A stretch of 64,000 bases of DNA. It comes from Callorhinchus milii. Taxonomy: Eukaryota. The stretch's first letter is position 1; each line of letters begins with the position of its first letter. The DNA lies in the NCBI RefSeq assembly GCF_018977255.1, contig NW_024704743.1, forward strand, positions 65,164,001 to 65,228,000, read 5' to 3'. The notes beneath the pieces are model-generated. The model had not been told where the DNA came from. It saw nothing but the letters and a program-made list of their open reading frames with translations, and searched no databases. Positions 11,955 through 24,994 of this stretch are shown here, one piece after another. The position numbers were made by a program, and so were the translations under genes.

Positions 11955-12310
11955 GCTCCTCATCTTCTAAATTTCTTCACACCCAAGCACCTCCCAACCT
12001 GTCTGATCTGCTCAGCCGGCTCTGGCCTGCTCCACGGCCCCCAACCCACCTGCCCACTAATGGCGGGAGAGCTTTCAGCCACTCTGCCCCCAACCTCTGG
12101 AATTCCATCCCAGTCACTCCGCCTCGCCCCCTCTTTAGCCTTCTTCAAGTCCCACCTCAAGACCCTCCTCTTCGACCATACCATTGGTCACCCCCCTTCC
12201 CCTCCCTTCCCTTCTCCCTCTCTGACCCCAGCTCGGGTCTGAAATACTGTAAACTGTCCAACACCTTGGACGTGAAAGGCGCTATACAAATGTAATCTTG
12301 TTGTTGTTGA
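11955..12310 (+). mobile_element. L2 3' fragment
   Basis: GGRAFSHSAPNLWNSIP and FKSHLKTLLF motifs; tail aaaggcgctatacaaatgtaatcttgttgttgttg. Confidence 0.85.
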
Positions 12311-12514
12311 TCTTCTCGTACCCCTTTCCTCTGATTGACCTTTCCATTCAGCTAACTTTGGTCTGATGTGTCTCCTGCCCCTCCTCCTTGCCATTATCGG
12401 TGACTGAACTTTCTGTCACTACACTGTTAAGCTCTGGAAATCTCTCCCTCTACCTCTTCCTATGTTAAAGTTAGTCTATAAATGACATTGTTGTGTTTGT
12501 AGAGAGGAGTGAGG

Positions 12515-12835
12515 GATTTGTTTTGCTTAGCCGGGTGTCTGACACATGCAGAAACTCATCACCATGATTCAGAGTATCCAAAGCAGATGGAGAGTTCCAC
12601 ATATGTATGCCAACTACACATGGAGGTTTCCATGAAACTGAGATACATTGACCACTTTCTCCCTGAAGTGGTACACCCTGTTATGGAGAGTATTAGGTGT
12701 AGGTTGGCAAGGGCCAAGGCTTGAAAATCCCAGATTGTGCGTTGTGGTACTGCCTGAGTGTTTACTTAAGCAACTAAAACCACACAGTTCTGCATTGAGA
12801 GCACGGACAAGCTATTTGATTTCAGCTGGAGTGCG
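12515..12835 (+). repeat. Family X, 5' part
   Basis: gggtgtctgacacatg...agtatccaaa...ggttggcaagggccaaggctt...aaaaccacacag shared with the other copies. Confidence 0.7.
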
Positions 12836-13980
12836 GATGTGTGCATGTGACATCTGGAAGCCACAATTTATGAGGTTCTTCAAACAGATGATGCAGAGGA
12901 GCCAGACAAACATGATAATTGTTAGGGTTAGGGCTACATCTAAAGGCGACTTTACTTCATGAACCATTGGTTTGTTTGTAGAAAATTGTGACAAGTTAAA
13001 ACTTTTTTTCCAATCAATAAATGTAACTAAACAGACGTGGAAAACAGAAACACTGCTGAGGAATTCCAATAGCCCGGGATTGTCGTCTCAATGGGAAAAG
13101 AGATCCGTGCTTCCAGGGGCTTTAATTCAAGTGATGAGGAATGCAACACTAGAAAGTGATTCGTGGGGTGAACCTTGTGAAGCAAGGATCTGAGTAACAG
13201 AGCACCTAGTAAAACCTTGCGCTCCTAGAATGAGCTTAGCAGATCAAAATGACATTCTGCACAGCTTCTTAAATCATCACCATTAAGTCACACTCATTCA
13301 CTTGTCATAAGAAATACTTCAGCACATTTTATGCAAGCATGCAAGATCTTGAAGTGATTAAAAGTTCCCCTGTCAAAGTATAAAACATGCTGAAGCATTC
13401 ACTGTAACCACAGTAACTTATCTTTCATCTAGCGTTCCTTTTTATTGACCCTACCCATGGGGTATGAATGATAACAACAAAATATTTTTNCCCCTGCGGA
13501 TCGCACAGAAAGAGAGATTGGGCTTCGTCATGGAACCCTCCACAGCCAAAGCAGAAAAATAAAAATAAAAGCTCTGCTGATGCCATGAGCTGAAATGCTT
13601 GGCTCTGAAGCAAGCCCTGACTGCTCAATATGAATCCACTGCCACCGACCGGCCCAACAGCTTAAATATAAATAGCCAAGGATGTCACAGAAAGGCCACA
13701 TTGCACTGTGCCAGTGACTGTTCCCAGAGACAAAAACATGGGAATGCATTGTTGAAGAAAGTCCCTGATAACACTCGCAAGCCAATGGCCTATGATAAAG
13801 CAGCACCAGTTGTCAAAAGAACAAAAAATTCCAACAAAGTGGCTCTTCCCTCCACCAAAGCATAAGGACTTGGGAAAATGAGACTCTCGCCACACCTTAA
13901 CAATTGATAATGTTGGGAAGTACATGCAATAACATGTTTTGGAAACAGTTTCCATTTTTTTGTAGGCATGAGTGAAATAA

Positions 13981-14292
13981 AAGAAACTTGCATTTATATA
14001 ACGACCTTCATATGGGATAGCATCTCGGAGAGCTTCATAGTGGAGGGGGGGGGATTAGAGGTAAGCGGGGCCTCCTTGGAGCTGAATTGGCCCCAATGTG
14101 ACTTTCAGAATGTAATGTCAGAATCGAACCAACCCTCTGTGGCGATCTCGTAGTCCAGTTCCTGAGTCAGGCAGGTCCGTAGTACTCCAGAACATGCTGA
14201 TGACAGCACAGCCAGGCTGGCACATCAGCAGGACTTCTAAGGGCAGACCAGTCACTTTCAACCAACCCCTAACTATGGTACTGTTCACCTGC
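13981..14292 (-). repeat. Family X 3' part contiguous with an L2 type-2 tail
   Basis: Reverse complement of 14060-14290 matches 5170-5360, then reads into ccactatgaagctctccgagatgctatccc...tatataaatgcaag. Confidence 0.6.
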
Positions 14293-14423
14293 AAAAATAC
14301 GCAGTCACCACACTTTACAATGAACCCTGCAAAGCCCTTTTCAGATGCTCTCCTGGCATAAATGATGCTAAATCAAATCCAAGAATTAATTATGATTACA
14401 ATGCTTAGCCCAAAGTATGATTA

Positions 14424-14642
14424 CTCCACACGCCCAATAATAATCCCTCCAAAACAAAACAATAATAAATTGGTCATTTTCAATCCACGACTGTTTGTGG
14501 GACACTCTGTGCGCAATTGGCTGCCGCGTTTCACCCACAAATATAGTCAATTCACTTTACAATCAATTCTGTGAAGCGCTTTGAGACGTCTAGAAGATGT
14601 GAAAAGCGCTATATCAAATGCAAGGATTATTGTTATTATTAT
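14424..14642 (+). mobile_element. tRNA-Ala SINE, 5'-truncated
   Basis: Begins at tactccacacgccc; body and (TTA)n tail intact. Confidence 0.88.
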
Positions 14643-17514
14643 AAAGTCTCCACTGGAGTTACCAACCATGCAGCACAGAGTTTGGAGTGTTGAGTTAGTT
14701 TGTCACTGGGCAATATTGACTCTTCATTAGGAGTTACCCAGGAGAGCAAGCCTGTTTCCATGGGCAATCTTTTAGTGAAAAACCAGTGTTTAAATGAGTT
14801 TTTAATGCTCCATTGTTGACATGTTACCTTTATCTGCAGTTCGTGAAGCATAACACATAAAACAGTTAAAAGAGTTAAAAGGCTGCCCCAAACCACAGTT
14901 AAAGAACTGATTGAAAACATTAAAATGCTTGTTGCAAGATAAGACTCTTCAATTGCCTCAGATCGGCCACACAAATACCATGTAAAAGTATTTAAATGTT
15001 ATAGAAAAAAGCAATTTCTGGAATTCATTTTCTTTCACAAAAAATGTCACGTTAAACATTCCCTGCAAGAGCCAGTAATGTAAAGGCTGGGGAGGCAGGA
15101 TTTTAAGTAGGCTGTATCTAAATAAAATGTAATTAACTACCCAGATGCAGTGTTCTTGGAATGTGCTTCTCAGTGGCCAAGGAGCTGAACACTTGTTATT
15201 AAAAGATTAAAAGATCCAGCTGCAACAACTTGCAGTTATATAGCTCCCTTCACATAGGACAGTTCAGAGTGCTACACAAAAATAGAGTGGGATACCATGC
15301 AAAGGAGAAGGGGAGGGCAAGGTGACTGAAAAGGTAGGTTTTTAGGCGGAGGGGGTAGAGCGAGGAAGTTACAGAGGGCAATTGTATAATAATAATCTTT
15401 GCATTTGATATAGCGCCTTATCACGTCTTCGAGATGTCTCAAAGCGCTCTGTTGGTCTTTCAGGGAGGGAATTGACTGCGAGTCGATGTCAATGGCAAAG
15501 ACATCTGAAAAATCCTTTTATTGATGAAGATGAGAAAAAGTGCAAAATTAAATCCCAAGGGACTACTTAACAGATGTTATGACGCATCATAGAATTCCCT
15601 TTATGACCAGGGAGTATTTACAATGCCTGATAAGACACTAAGACAGCTCACCAGTTTACGTCACAAGAAGCCAGATTTGTAATGTAATAATGCCTCATGA
15701 GGCAGAAAAATCACCCAAATGTTGAGGTCGCCTCATTTTATCACTCACGTCAGCTTTTGTTCCTTTTAGCCTTCTATTAGAGCTCAGGAATTAAAAAAGA
15801 GCTATATCCATAATGATCACCAGCAAATATGCTATGACAAGCTTATTTACATGTTGCTCAAGAAGTCTGTAAACTTCAGTGAATATGAAATGACTACAAG
15901 TTAAATACACTTAGTAACCCATTTTTTATTAGGTTTCTAAAGTTGATATCACAAATTTAAACTATTGTTTAAATCAGTGACTTGGACACACCATTCAGAA
16001 GCATTTTTTCAGTCTTTTTGGTTCCTGGTTCAAACTTACAAACTCTGTGCGTCAGTAGTTGAATATAAGTTAGAAATGGAAATTTACTCAACTCTTAATT
16101 CATTTGACAAATACTGTACCGCCCTTTAGATGCTGAATTTACAATGCAATACGATATATATTTATATACGGCCTTTCAAGTCGGGACACTGCTTGCCACT
16201 ATTGGCTGGGCACCCGAGCTGGGAGTGGAAGCCGAAGGTGAAAGATGAACGCAACGTAGTCAAAGAGGTGTGTCTTGGAATGAATCTGTCACTAATATTG
16301 TGCTCTTTAGTATTACTGTACACTACATGCTGAGGGCATCTATAGTAAGTACTGGCATTAAATCTAATGACGGAGTGATCATTTTACAAATTATTCCAAC
16401 ATTGCTAAACAGGTAGAAGCAATTATTCCACCAGCCCAAGTAGGGAAACATTCTGTTCTTTTGACTTTCTCTGCCACTATGTCTATCTCCATCTCTAACT
16501 CTACATTGTACAAAAGAATAAAAAGACATAACCTTCACACAAAGGGCAAGGAGCGAAAATTGCATCCCGAGCAACTTTACACATGCACACAATTGAGCAC
16601 ACAGCACAACCTGATTTTGTTTGCCAGTATTTTGAAGCCCCAGGTTTCAGACCCCGAGGCAGAGAAGGTATATATGGATAATTGACATGTGGGTGTCTGG
16701 CATTCTACTGGATGTGCAATGCTCAATCAACATGACCATTTAGATACAAAATACATTATGTAATCTGGTTTTCAAATCAGGCTAATCTAGTTGAATAAAC
16801 TGTCAATAATCTTCACAAGTTTATTGCAAGTAACTTAATAGCCCCACTCTCAACATATATTACAGTAACATATTCAAATACTAAATTAAGGCTATTTATA
16901 AAGGCACCATAAAATATACTATAATTCCATTCTGTTTACTCTTCAATAACCAAATACTGTATTAGATCTAATTTGCTTTTGCTCACATCAATATCTATAT
17001 CTGCACCTCTCTAACTCACAGTCAGATTCCACAGCCATATTAGTCACATGGTTTGGGGGAAAAACTTGTAAAAATATATTTTTTGAAAGAAATTAATTAA
17101 ATGTAAAGTGAAGTCTAGTTCTCATTTTTATGAGTTTTTATTTTTTGGAGGGGAGGGAGTAGGCGGGGAAGGAAAGCCCAAAATTAGATGTTGCAACACC
17201 ACTAACTAGTTTCCACATTCACCCACAAAACGCAATCACTAGACTTTACAGTATATCATGTGAAGCCCTTCGAGACATACTCCTGACATGAAAGGAGCTG
17301 TACCAAATGTAAAGATTATTATAACTATTATTTTGTTAAATCTAATCTTCAACACAGACTTTTCTTTTCTGAAAAAGGAACTGTGACTTTTCATCAGGTA
17401 ACAGTTACATAGAGTGATACAGCATGCAAACAGGCCATTCACGTCAACTAGTCTTTATTCAACACAAATCTCCACCACTCTGTTCTCTTGGGTAACAGTC
17501 CTGCCATCAAATCT

Positions 17515-17780
17515 CTGAAGGTCCTCATCCCCTCTGCTCCACCATCGGTGGTCGAGCTTTCAGCCACTACGCCCGAAGCTTTGGAACTCTCTCCCCATAT
17601 CCCACAGCTTTGCCCGTCCTTCCCCCTCTTTTAGATCACGGCTGAAGACCTTCCTCTTCGACCGTGCTTACGGTCAACCTCCTCCCTCACCCTGGGTCGG
17701 CATTGTGCTCCGCCACTGTTAAGCGCTCCGAGACGCTGCCCTGTGTGAAGGGCGTATATAAATGCAAGTTGTTGTTGTTG
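17515..17780 (+). mobile_element. L2 3' end, tail type 2
   Basis: ccaccatcggtggtcgagctttcagccactac (TIGGRAFSHY) through aagcgctccgagacgc...aaatgcaagttgttgttg. Confidence 0.85.
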
Positions 17781-19042
17781 AAGTCCCAGCCCTAACACGA
17801 AGGACAGTCCTGCCACGCAAGTCTACACAATTACCCAGGCATGAGATAACACTTCAAAAGAACATGAATTCAAACGCCCACAGCAGCAAGGGAAAGAAAT
17901 GCAAAACGCCACACCGTCCTCTGAACAACTTGGTTTGACAGGAACAGTATGTTCAGCACAAGTACAGCACAAACCTCTTTTGAAGAAGGAAAGCAGATTT
18001 GATCTCAAAGTACAACACTGATAGTTGGTCAATGATTTTCAAAACACAGTAAATATGATTTTAAAGGATGTACAAAACTGTGTTGCTTCTGCTGCGCTGA
18101 ACAATCCAGTCAAAACCTTTATTTGGTTTCACTGACAAATAGACTGCACACATTGACCGTGGTGCCTTTTTACAGGGACTCAAAACACAAGCAGTTACAA
18201 AACAGCTCCTCGTGATATTTTGGAATGGATTTGATAGAATTAAAAATATCCAGAATTATACAGTCAGTATCCAGTGCCGTCTCCAACAAGACTAAATTTC
18301 TATTTCTGTACAACTAAGAGAGCCATAAATAAATAGGACAGGGAGCATGCACAAACATTTATTAACACTACACTAATCCAACAGTGATTAAGACAAGTCC
18401 TAGAAGTTTATTTTACCTCACAAGGCATCTTACCTTGTAAGCCTGTTTCTTTTAGGCGTATTTCTCTACAGAACGTCAGTTACATACCACTAAGCACTTG
18501 AGCAATGTTAAAATGTCCTGAGACAAGCCGTGATTGAAGTGAACAGCCTCTCGTGCAATGGCAATCGCGAAGGAATGCAGGGTGCTGTTGTATGCAATCG
18601 AAAGTGGGAGCCCTTTGGACCCGCACAGATGATTACTGTGGTTATTCATTAATGTAAAAATAACTAATCTAGATAACTGGTCCTTACCTAGTATAGCTTT
18701 GAGAAGGAGGTACCACATCTCAGGGGCAGAGAGTTATTGTAAGGTCTTTTCTTAAAATTCCTGGGTAAAACTATTATATATTTTGCTGCTAGTCTGATAA
18801 CTGTGATAACTAACCATAGAGTTTCTCTGCATCAGGAAATGATCTAATCATAGTTGTCAGTAGTCTGTGCCAACACTATCCTGCAAACTGAACATTCGAG
18901 AAACACGTTTAGAAAGCATATTTTATTTAAATACAATTCAATATCTGATTACTTCCAGCCACCACCAAAAGCAATATTTACTGAGTAAAAGTTTGTATTC
19001 AAGTCAATGGACAGAAAGAATCACATCAGGCATTCTTTCTAT

Positions 19043-19247
19043 TTTTTTGGTCAACTGGGTGTCTGACACATGCTGACATCCACCACCATGCTTAACAGTA
19101 TCCAAACCAGACTGAGAATTCTACGTGTGTATGCCACCCCATGTCCCTGAAATGTCCCTGTGTCTGGAACAGAAATGTACATCCTCTTCCTGAAGGGACG
19201 CACCCTGTTACCGAATTCCAGGTTTATCAGGCGCAGGCTGGCCAAGT
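19043..19247 (+). repeat. Family X, 5' part
   Basis: tttttggtcaactgggtgtctgacacatg...agtatccaaaccagac...gcaccctgttac. Confidence 0.7.
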
Positions 19248-20979
19248 TCATTCTTTTTTACTGAAAAAAACAGGTAGCAGTAGTACAAACACATCGGGCT
19301 GATTGGGCCTTTACTGTGCAGAAAGTATCTAGGTTTCTGCTAAAACAACTTACATTTATATAGCATCTTTATTGTAGATGAACATCTTAAAGCTCTTAAA
19401 CGATCGGGAGTACTACACAGCGGAAAAGAAAATACATTGGAATGTCAGCCTAGACAATGAGCTGACAAGAAGAATACACATCTACTCAGCAAACATTGAA
19501 TTACACCAATGGTTCCTGAAGTTCCTGTCACATCATAATTGAACATGAAACATTGGAACTGAAGTATGGCATCAAATATGATTTTAGCCTTTTAGTACTT
19601 TGATTTAAAGAGGAGCAATGTGATTCAATAGGAACATGATAAAATGGTATTTAGTGATTTTAATTCAGATTACTTTATGAGCTGTTACTTGACTGATAAA
19701 TAAAAATCTTCCGACTTGTACACGTATGGTTTTGTTGAGAAACCTAGATGAAGGTGTGTGGGCCAAGGTGCAGGACACCACCGGGCTCAAAAGAGTGCCA
19801 GAGAAGATGAAATAAATGAGGCATTGATTCCTTTACGCTAAGCTTGGGTTTTAAATTGTAAATTTAAAATTGTAGAAGTAAGGAAGACCTAGGAAGGTTA
19901 AGAGGTTCCATCATCTTGAGATCCTGAGAGAAATTTAATTAATGCAGGAAGTGGTACAATGAAATGTGTTAGCAATGAAATTTTCATTTATATAGCATCT
20001 TTCACATGGGGAGAATGTCTCAAAGTGGTTAGCAATGCTGGCTGGTCAGTTGGGGTGGGAGCCAAGGAGGGTGAGGAGGGGAAAGATGACCAACAGCGTA
20101 GGCAGAAGTACATCTGAGATAGGCCTTGAACGAGGGGAAGGAGGAAACTAGTTGGAGGGATTCCAGGATGGAATTCCAGAGAGCGGGAGCTTATCAGCAA
20201 TGAGAGAAAAGCTTCCCCAGTTATGGGAGCAAGATTCAGGTTTTGAAAAAATTGGGGGTCGTGGAAAGTGAAGAGTTGGTAGAACATGAGGATTTGCCCA
20301 AAAGAGGAAACGGGCAGTTTTAGCAATAGTGAAGCATTCAATCTGAGATCATCAACATTGAGGAATGAGGACCGTTTGGTTCTTCATTATTATTATTATT
20401 ATTCAACCCTGAACCAGTGTTTTGCTCATCCACTGGAGCCAATATCTCAAATCCCAATTCCATGTACCATTTTATATTCTTCCTTTTCAAGGTTTATTTC
20501 AATTCCCTTTTAAATGAGTGGAAATGGGAAGTTTCTCCCGGCATTCTGGCCTTCAATTCCCAAACAAAATTGATAATTTACTTTATGGCTGTTTGTGCGA
20601 CATTGCTATGGCACAAGAAACAGGGTGACTACAGGTCACATTGCAGAAACAGGACATTCAACCCAACTTGTCTGTGCGAGATTTATACTCCACAGGAGCC
20701 TTGACCCCTCCTAGTCCCATACCCTCTGTTCGCTTTTGCTTCATGCATGCATCAAGTTTCTTCTTGAATTAACTTTGAAAGTTGGAACCTGCACACAGGG
20801 ATGGGCAGGGGAACTGCCATCTAGTGTTACAGTGTGACAGCAACTTTTTCTTTCTGTGTCTATGTCTCTAGAGATTTTTTCCCCACTTTAGGAGCAATTG
20901 GAGTAATTTACAAGAAATGGCAGATGTGCAAACAGAGCAGTGGTTATCAAATCTAAATATAGACTAGAAAACTAGCACA

Positions 20980-21140
20980 AGCCTGGAAAATAATGAAACT
21001 GCCCATCACCTGAAAGAGAAGCTAAGTTATTGTTTTGGATGTGAGATCCTTCATCAGAAAGTTAACCTATCTTTCTCTTGAAGATCATTATCAACCTGCT
21101 GTGCATTTCAACAGTTTCTGGCTTTATTTCAGTTTTCTGA
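20980..21140. mobile_element. Old Penelope pLTR remnant (two opposed pieces)
   Basis: ccttcatcagaa (reverse hammerhead box) followed by gttaacctatctttctc...acctgctgtgcatttc...tttatttcag, resembling 8360-8435. Confidence 0.5.
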
Positions 21141-21656
21141 CATGCCTTCTTTCTTTTATCTCCTAAGCCTTAAAGAGCTGCTTTGCAAACTTACCCCAAC
21201 AGCAAATACTCGGGCTAAATTTACTGAATAGGCTGTCGAAGGAATTTAATCTGCACAAAAAGCCTTTTGCACAATACATGAATTGCTTTGTTAGACAATT
21301 GCTCCAGAGGGAAAATATAATCCTAAGAGATATAGACAATGAAAAGAAAAAGTTTACATAATGCTAGTCTTCAAGTCTTAGGTGTGACTGGTGACCTTAT
21401 CTGCACTAAATGTATGTGCACAACGTCAGTATATATATTTTAAAAACAATTCAACAAAAAGTAATTTTTTGCAACATTGAGACGTGTAATAACATATTAA
21501 CTATAATAACAATAATCCTTGCATTTGATATAGCACTTGGCACCAGAAGAACAAAGTGCTTCCCACAATACACTATAAAGTGTAGAGACTGTGATTTTGT
21601 AGGTGAACAGTTTATATGGTATCTATTTTCCTCATTCCCCTAATAACACGACTGTA

Positions 21657-21836
21657 CAGTAAACTCCTGATAACTCGTCACTCCACGGGAAAAGAGCTCA
21701 GTGACAAGTTATCTGAAGTGGCGAGTTAGATATATGTATAAACACCTAAATAAACACATTGGGATATTGACAGCATAGTGACTTGAGTGGTTGTTGAGAC
21801 AAATTAAGTCAGGGGTGAGATACCAGGCATTTACTG
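21657..21836. mobile_element. Tc1/mariner-pogo (Tigger-like) MITE, 180 bp
   Basis: TA|CAGTAAACTCCTGATAACTC ... GAGATACCAGGCATTTACTG|TA: 20-bp TIR with 16/20 identity and TA on both sides. Confidence 0.7.
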
Positions 21837-22778
21837 TACACTAAAACAGGTTCTAGACCAACATGGCATTATACAGTCCCTCTTCCTTTGGCGCCTAGTC
21901 AATGTTTCTGTAGCCCCAACTCGATCAGTTAACATTGCACTTGGTAATAGTATATCTCGTGAGAGAGTTAAACACTCCAGGTATTGCTCCATTTTACAAA
22001 CAACAGTGAGGAAGTTCAAGAGGTTTGCATGAACCTGAACAGTGCTGTAGCCAAGGTCTGCGATGTCAGGTTAGTTTTGGTTTTCGATACGGTCGTGATT
22101 GTGCAAACAGTTTTAGTTTTAAAGTTTTAAGATATAGTTTTATCTTCCACAACTCAAAGTGCTAGAGAGAAGGCATGGTCGTCTATATGCTATTTTACTT
22201 TCGGAGAAAACAGCCCATAGCAATTATAATGATAATCCTTACATTTGATATAGCTGCTTTCATGTCGCGATAACAACTCAAAGCACTTACTGCAAATATT
22301 GCAGTTCTGACAACTAAAGAATGAGTTATATCGTATGATACTGTCAAAACAGGCCATTCAGCCCAACTAGTCCATGGTGTTGATATTCCACACAAGCTCC
22401 ACCTCTCCTATTCCTCCCTTCAACTCTTCTCCCTCATGTGTGCCTGAATACAAAGTACTCAGAGTAAAAGTGCTCACTGACCTAAGCCCCATTAGCAGTT
22501 ACCCCAAGTCCCAGGAGCAGAGTGGTGCGAGGGATTAACAGCTCCCAATCTCTTCAGGGTATTCTCCAGGTGTGGGGAAGACACGAGGAAGTGAGAAGGG
22601 CTGTCCGTGAGGGGCAGGATAAGGAGAGAAAGAAGGGCCGACACTGTGGGGGATCTTTCTATGTGAAATGGCTGCTGTATTTACCTACAACCAATCACTA
22701 CACTTGACGGTAATTACTGTAAAGCTTATTGACATGTTTTGACCCAAGATGTTGCAAAAATGCCTTTTACTGTAATAT

Positions 22779-23618
22779 CAACAACAACAACAAAATTACA
22801 TTTATAGAGAGCACCTGTTATGTTGGGAGGACGTCCCAAGGCGCTGGACCCGAGGATGGGGGAGGGGTGGGGTAGGGGTGAGGGAAGGCAGGGAGGTGGG
22901 AGGGCGACTGAAGGCATGATCAAAGAGGAGGGTCTTGAGACCAGCCTTGAAGGAGGCAAGGGAGGAAGCGAGGCGAAGGGACCATGGGATGGAGTTCCAG
23001 AGTGTGGGGGCAGAGAGACTGAAAGCCCGGCCACCGATGGTAGGGCGGGAGATATGGAGCAGGCTGGAGCCCGATGGACGGAGGGAGCGGGCAGGTTGGT
23101 AGGGACTCAGCAGGTCAGGGAGGTAAGGAGGGGGCATGGCCATGGATGGCCTTGAAAGTGAGGACGAGGATCTTGAACTCGATCCTGAGGGATGGGGAGC
23201 CAGTGGAGTCGGGCGAGGGTGGGAGTGATGGGGTCACAGATCCTGGTGTGTGAGAGTACACGAGCTGCAGAGATTTGGATAATCTGCAGCTTGTGAAGGG
23301 AAGAGTTGGGAGGGCCGATGAGAAGGGAGTTCCCGTAATCGAGCCTTGATGTGACGAATGCGTGGGTGAGGGTTTCGGCAGTGAGGTAGTGACGGAGTCT
23401 GGCAATGTTGCGGAGGTGGTGGTAGGCAGTGCCGGTCATGGCATGGATGTGGGGGAGAAAGGACAGTTCAGGGTCAAACAAGACACCCAGGTTCCTGACT
23501 GACTTAGTGAGGTTGAGTGTGCAGCCGTGGAGGTTGATGCTGCCAGTGCCCGAGGTGCAGAGGCGCTGGTGCGAGCCAATCAGGAGGACCTCGGTCTTGC
23601 TGACGTTGAGTTGGAGTC
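22779..23618 (-). mobile_element. L2 LINE 3' fragment
   Basis: FDPELSFLPHI, THAFVTSRLDYGNSLL, RLHWLPI and GGRAFSLSAPTLWNSIP; (TTG)n tail at ~22779-22795. Confidence 0.92.
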
Positions 23619-24299
23619 AATAATCAATAATTATTCACCCTCTCAGGGCCTGGGTGCATAGAACCATAGACGGCTCACAGAAACCAAACTGCATAGAACT
23701 ACTGGGAGGCTAAGGGTTAATTTAGTACAGTGTAAACGTCAAACATCTTGCATTAAACTGAGCAAGCATAACATAATCTGAAGAATTTGAACCATATAAT
23801 CCAGTGCTTCCCGGAAAACTAGAGCCCTCCTTTGAAATATGACAGGACGGTAAGATTTATTTCAGTTATTAACCTATTTACGCAGAAGGAGGAGAACGAA
23901 AGTTTAATACCGTAGCTATTGCCTGAAAATGATGCAGTCTGTGGAAGCAGGGATCTGGTTTCGTGGTGACTAATGAGGCAATGAGTGAGTTGGCTTTCCA
24001 GTCAGGTCGATCTTCCCAGGGAGGGCTGCAGCAGGTGCTCCAGAAGCTGTTCCACGACTGTTGCCAGTAAATGCCAGAAACTAGACTTTCTGAAAAGCAT
24101 CAGTTTGGTGTCGTAATACCTCAAAAGTTAATACGCAGGAAACTAATTGAGAATTTTGTTTACTCAAGACTTTAATCCAGATTAAGTTACTTACTGAAAA
24201 AGGTCTCTTACCAGCTCCCAGCTATTCGGGACATGAGGTCCTTTAATAAACACCCTCACAAAACACACATTTTGACAGACTGCACGGCAAGTGCATGAC

Positions 24300-24994
24300 C
24301 TGGGCCAATAGAAAAGTGGAACACACTACAAACGTCCTCCTGCGCTACAAAAAAACCTCTGCTACCAACCTATACACACAGTGTGCTCAGCCACTCTACC
24401 AACCTGCATACCCAGTGCGCTCGGCCCCTCTACCAACCTGCATACCCAGTGTGCTCGGCCCCTCTACCAACCTGTATACCCAGTGCGCTCGGCCCCTCTA
24501 CCAACCTGCATACCCAGTGCGCTCGGCCCCTCTACCAACCTGCATACCCAGTGCGCTCGGCCCCTCTACCAACCTGCATACCCAGTGTGCTCGGCCCCTC
24601 TACCAACCTGCATACCCAGTGTGCTCGGCCCCGGGCCTCTGTGCACTGCTGCTGTAGGTGGAGTGGCTCTGGTCGTGACAAGGCGAATGCTGGGATGGCG
24701 GAAACAGAGCAAGCGGGAAATGGGTTTCCCCCAGCGCCTGTAGCCTAAGCTGAGATCCTGCAACAAATTATGTGCTGTACTAATCAAATTAACATTTTTA
24801 GTATTTTAAACGTAACTGCATGTTCAGGAAATATAGGCCTGGAGTTTTAACCTGGGTTTTTCGCAAAATGCGTCTCTCAATAGCATCAATCAACCCTTCG
24901 TAATTTTCCGCAGACCCTAGCAAAATTCTCCACACTGCTTACCAAATGCCCCGCAATGTTTGGCAAACATTTCCGCCCTTTTCTATTCGCCCAG
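24300..24994 (+). mobile_element. Non-autonomous hAT derivative (MITE) of the 46365-47837 element
   Basis: TIRs CTGGGCCAATAGAAAAG and CTTTTCTATTCGCCCAG; 24772-24855 aligns with 46677-46765 and 24863-24994 with 47708-47837. Confidence 0.85.
24360..24632 (+). repeat. 34-bp minisatellite, about 8 copies, inside the hAT MITE
   Basis: Unit CTCTACCAACCTGCATACCCAGTG(C/T)GCTCGGCCC; period 34 (e.g. 24421 and 24455). Confidence 0.95.

Noticed and set aside
13490..13490. Single N base
   Set aside because: Assembly ambiguity or possible contig join, not biology; distances across it may be unreliable.
24360..24632. 34-bp repeats as a CRISPR array or repeat-protein ORFs
   Set aside because: Units are head-to-tail with no spacers, there are no cas genes and the context is eukaryotic; the three overlapping ORFs arise from a stop-free unit whose length is not a multiple of 3.
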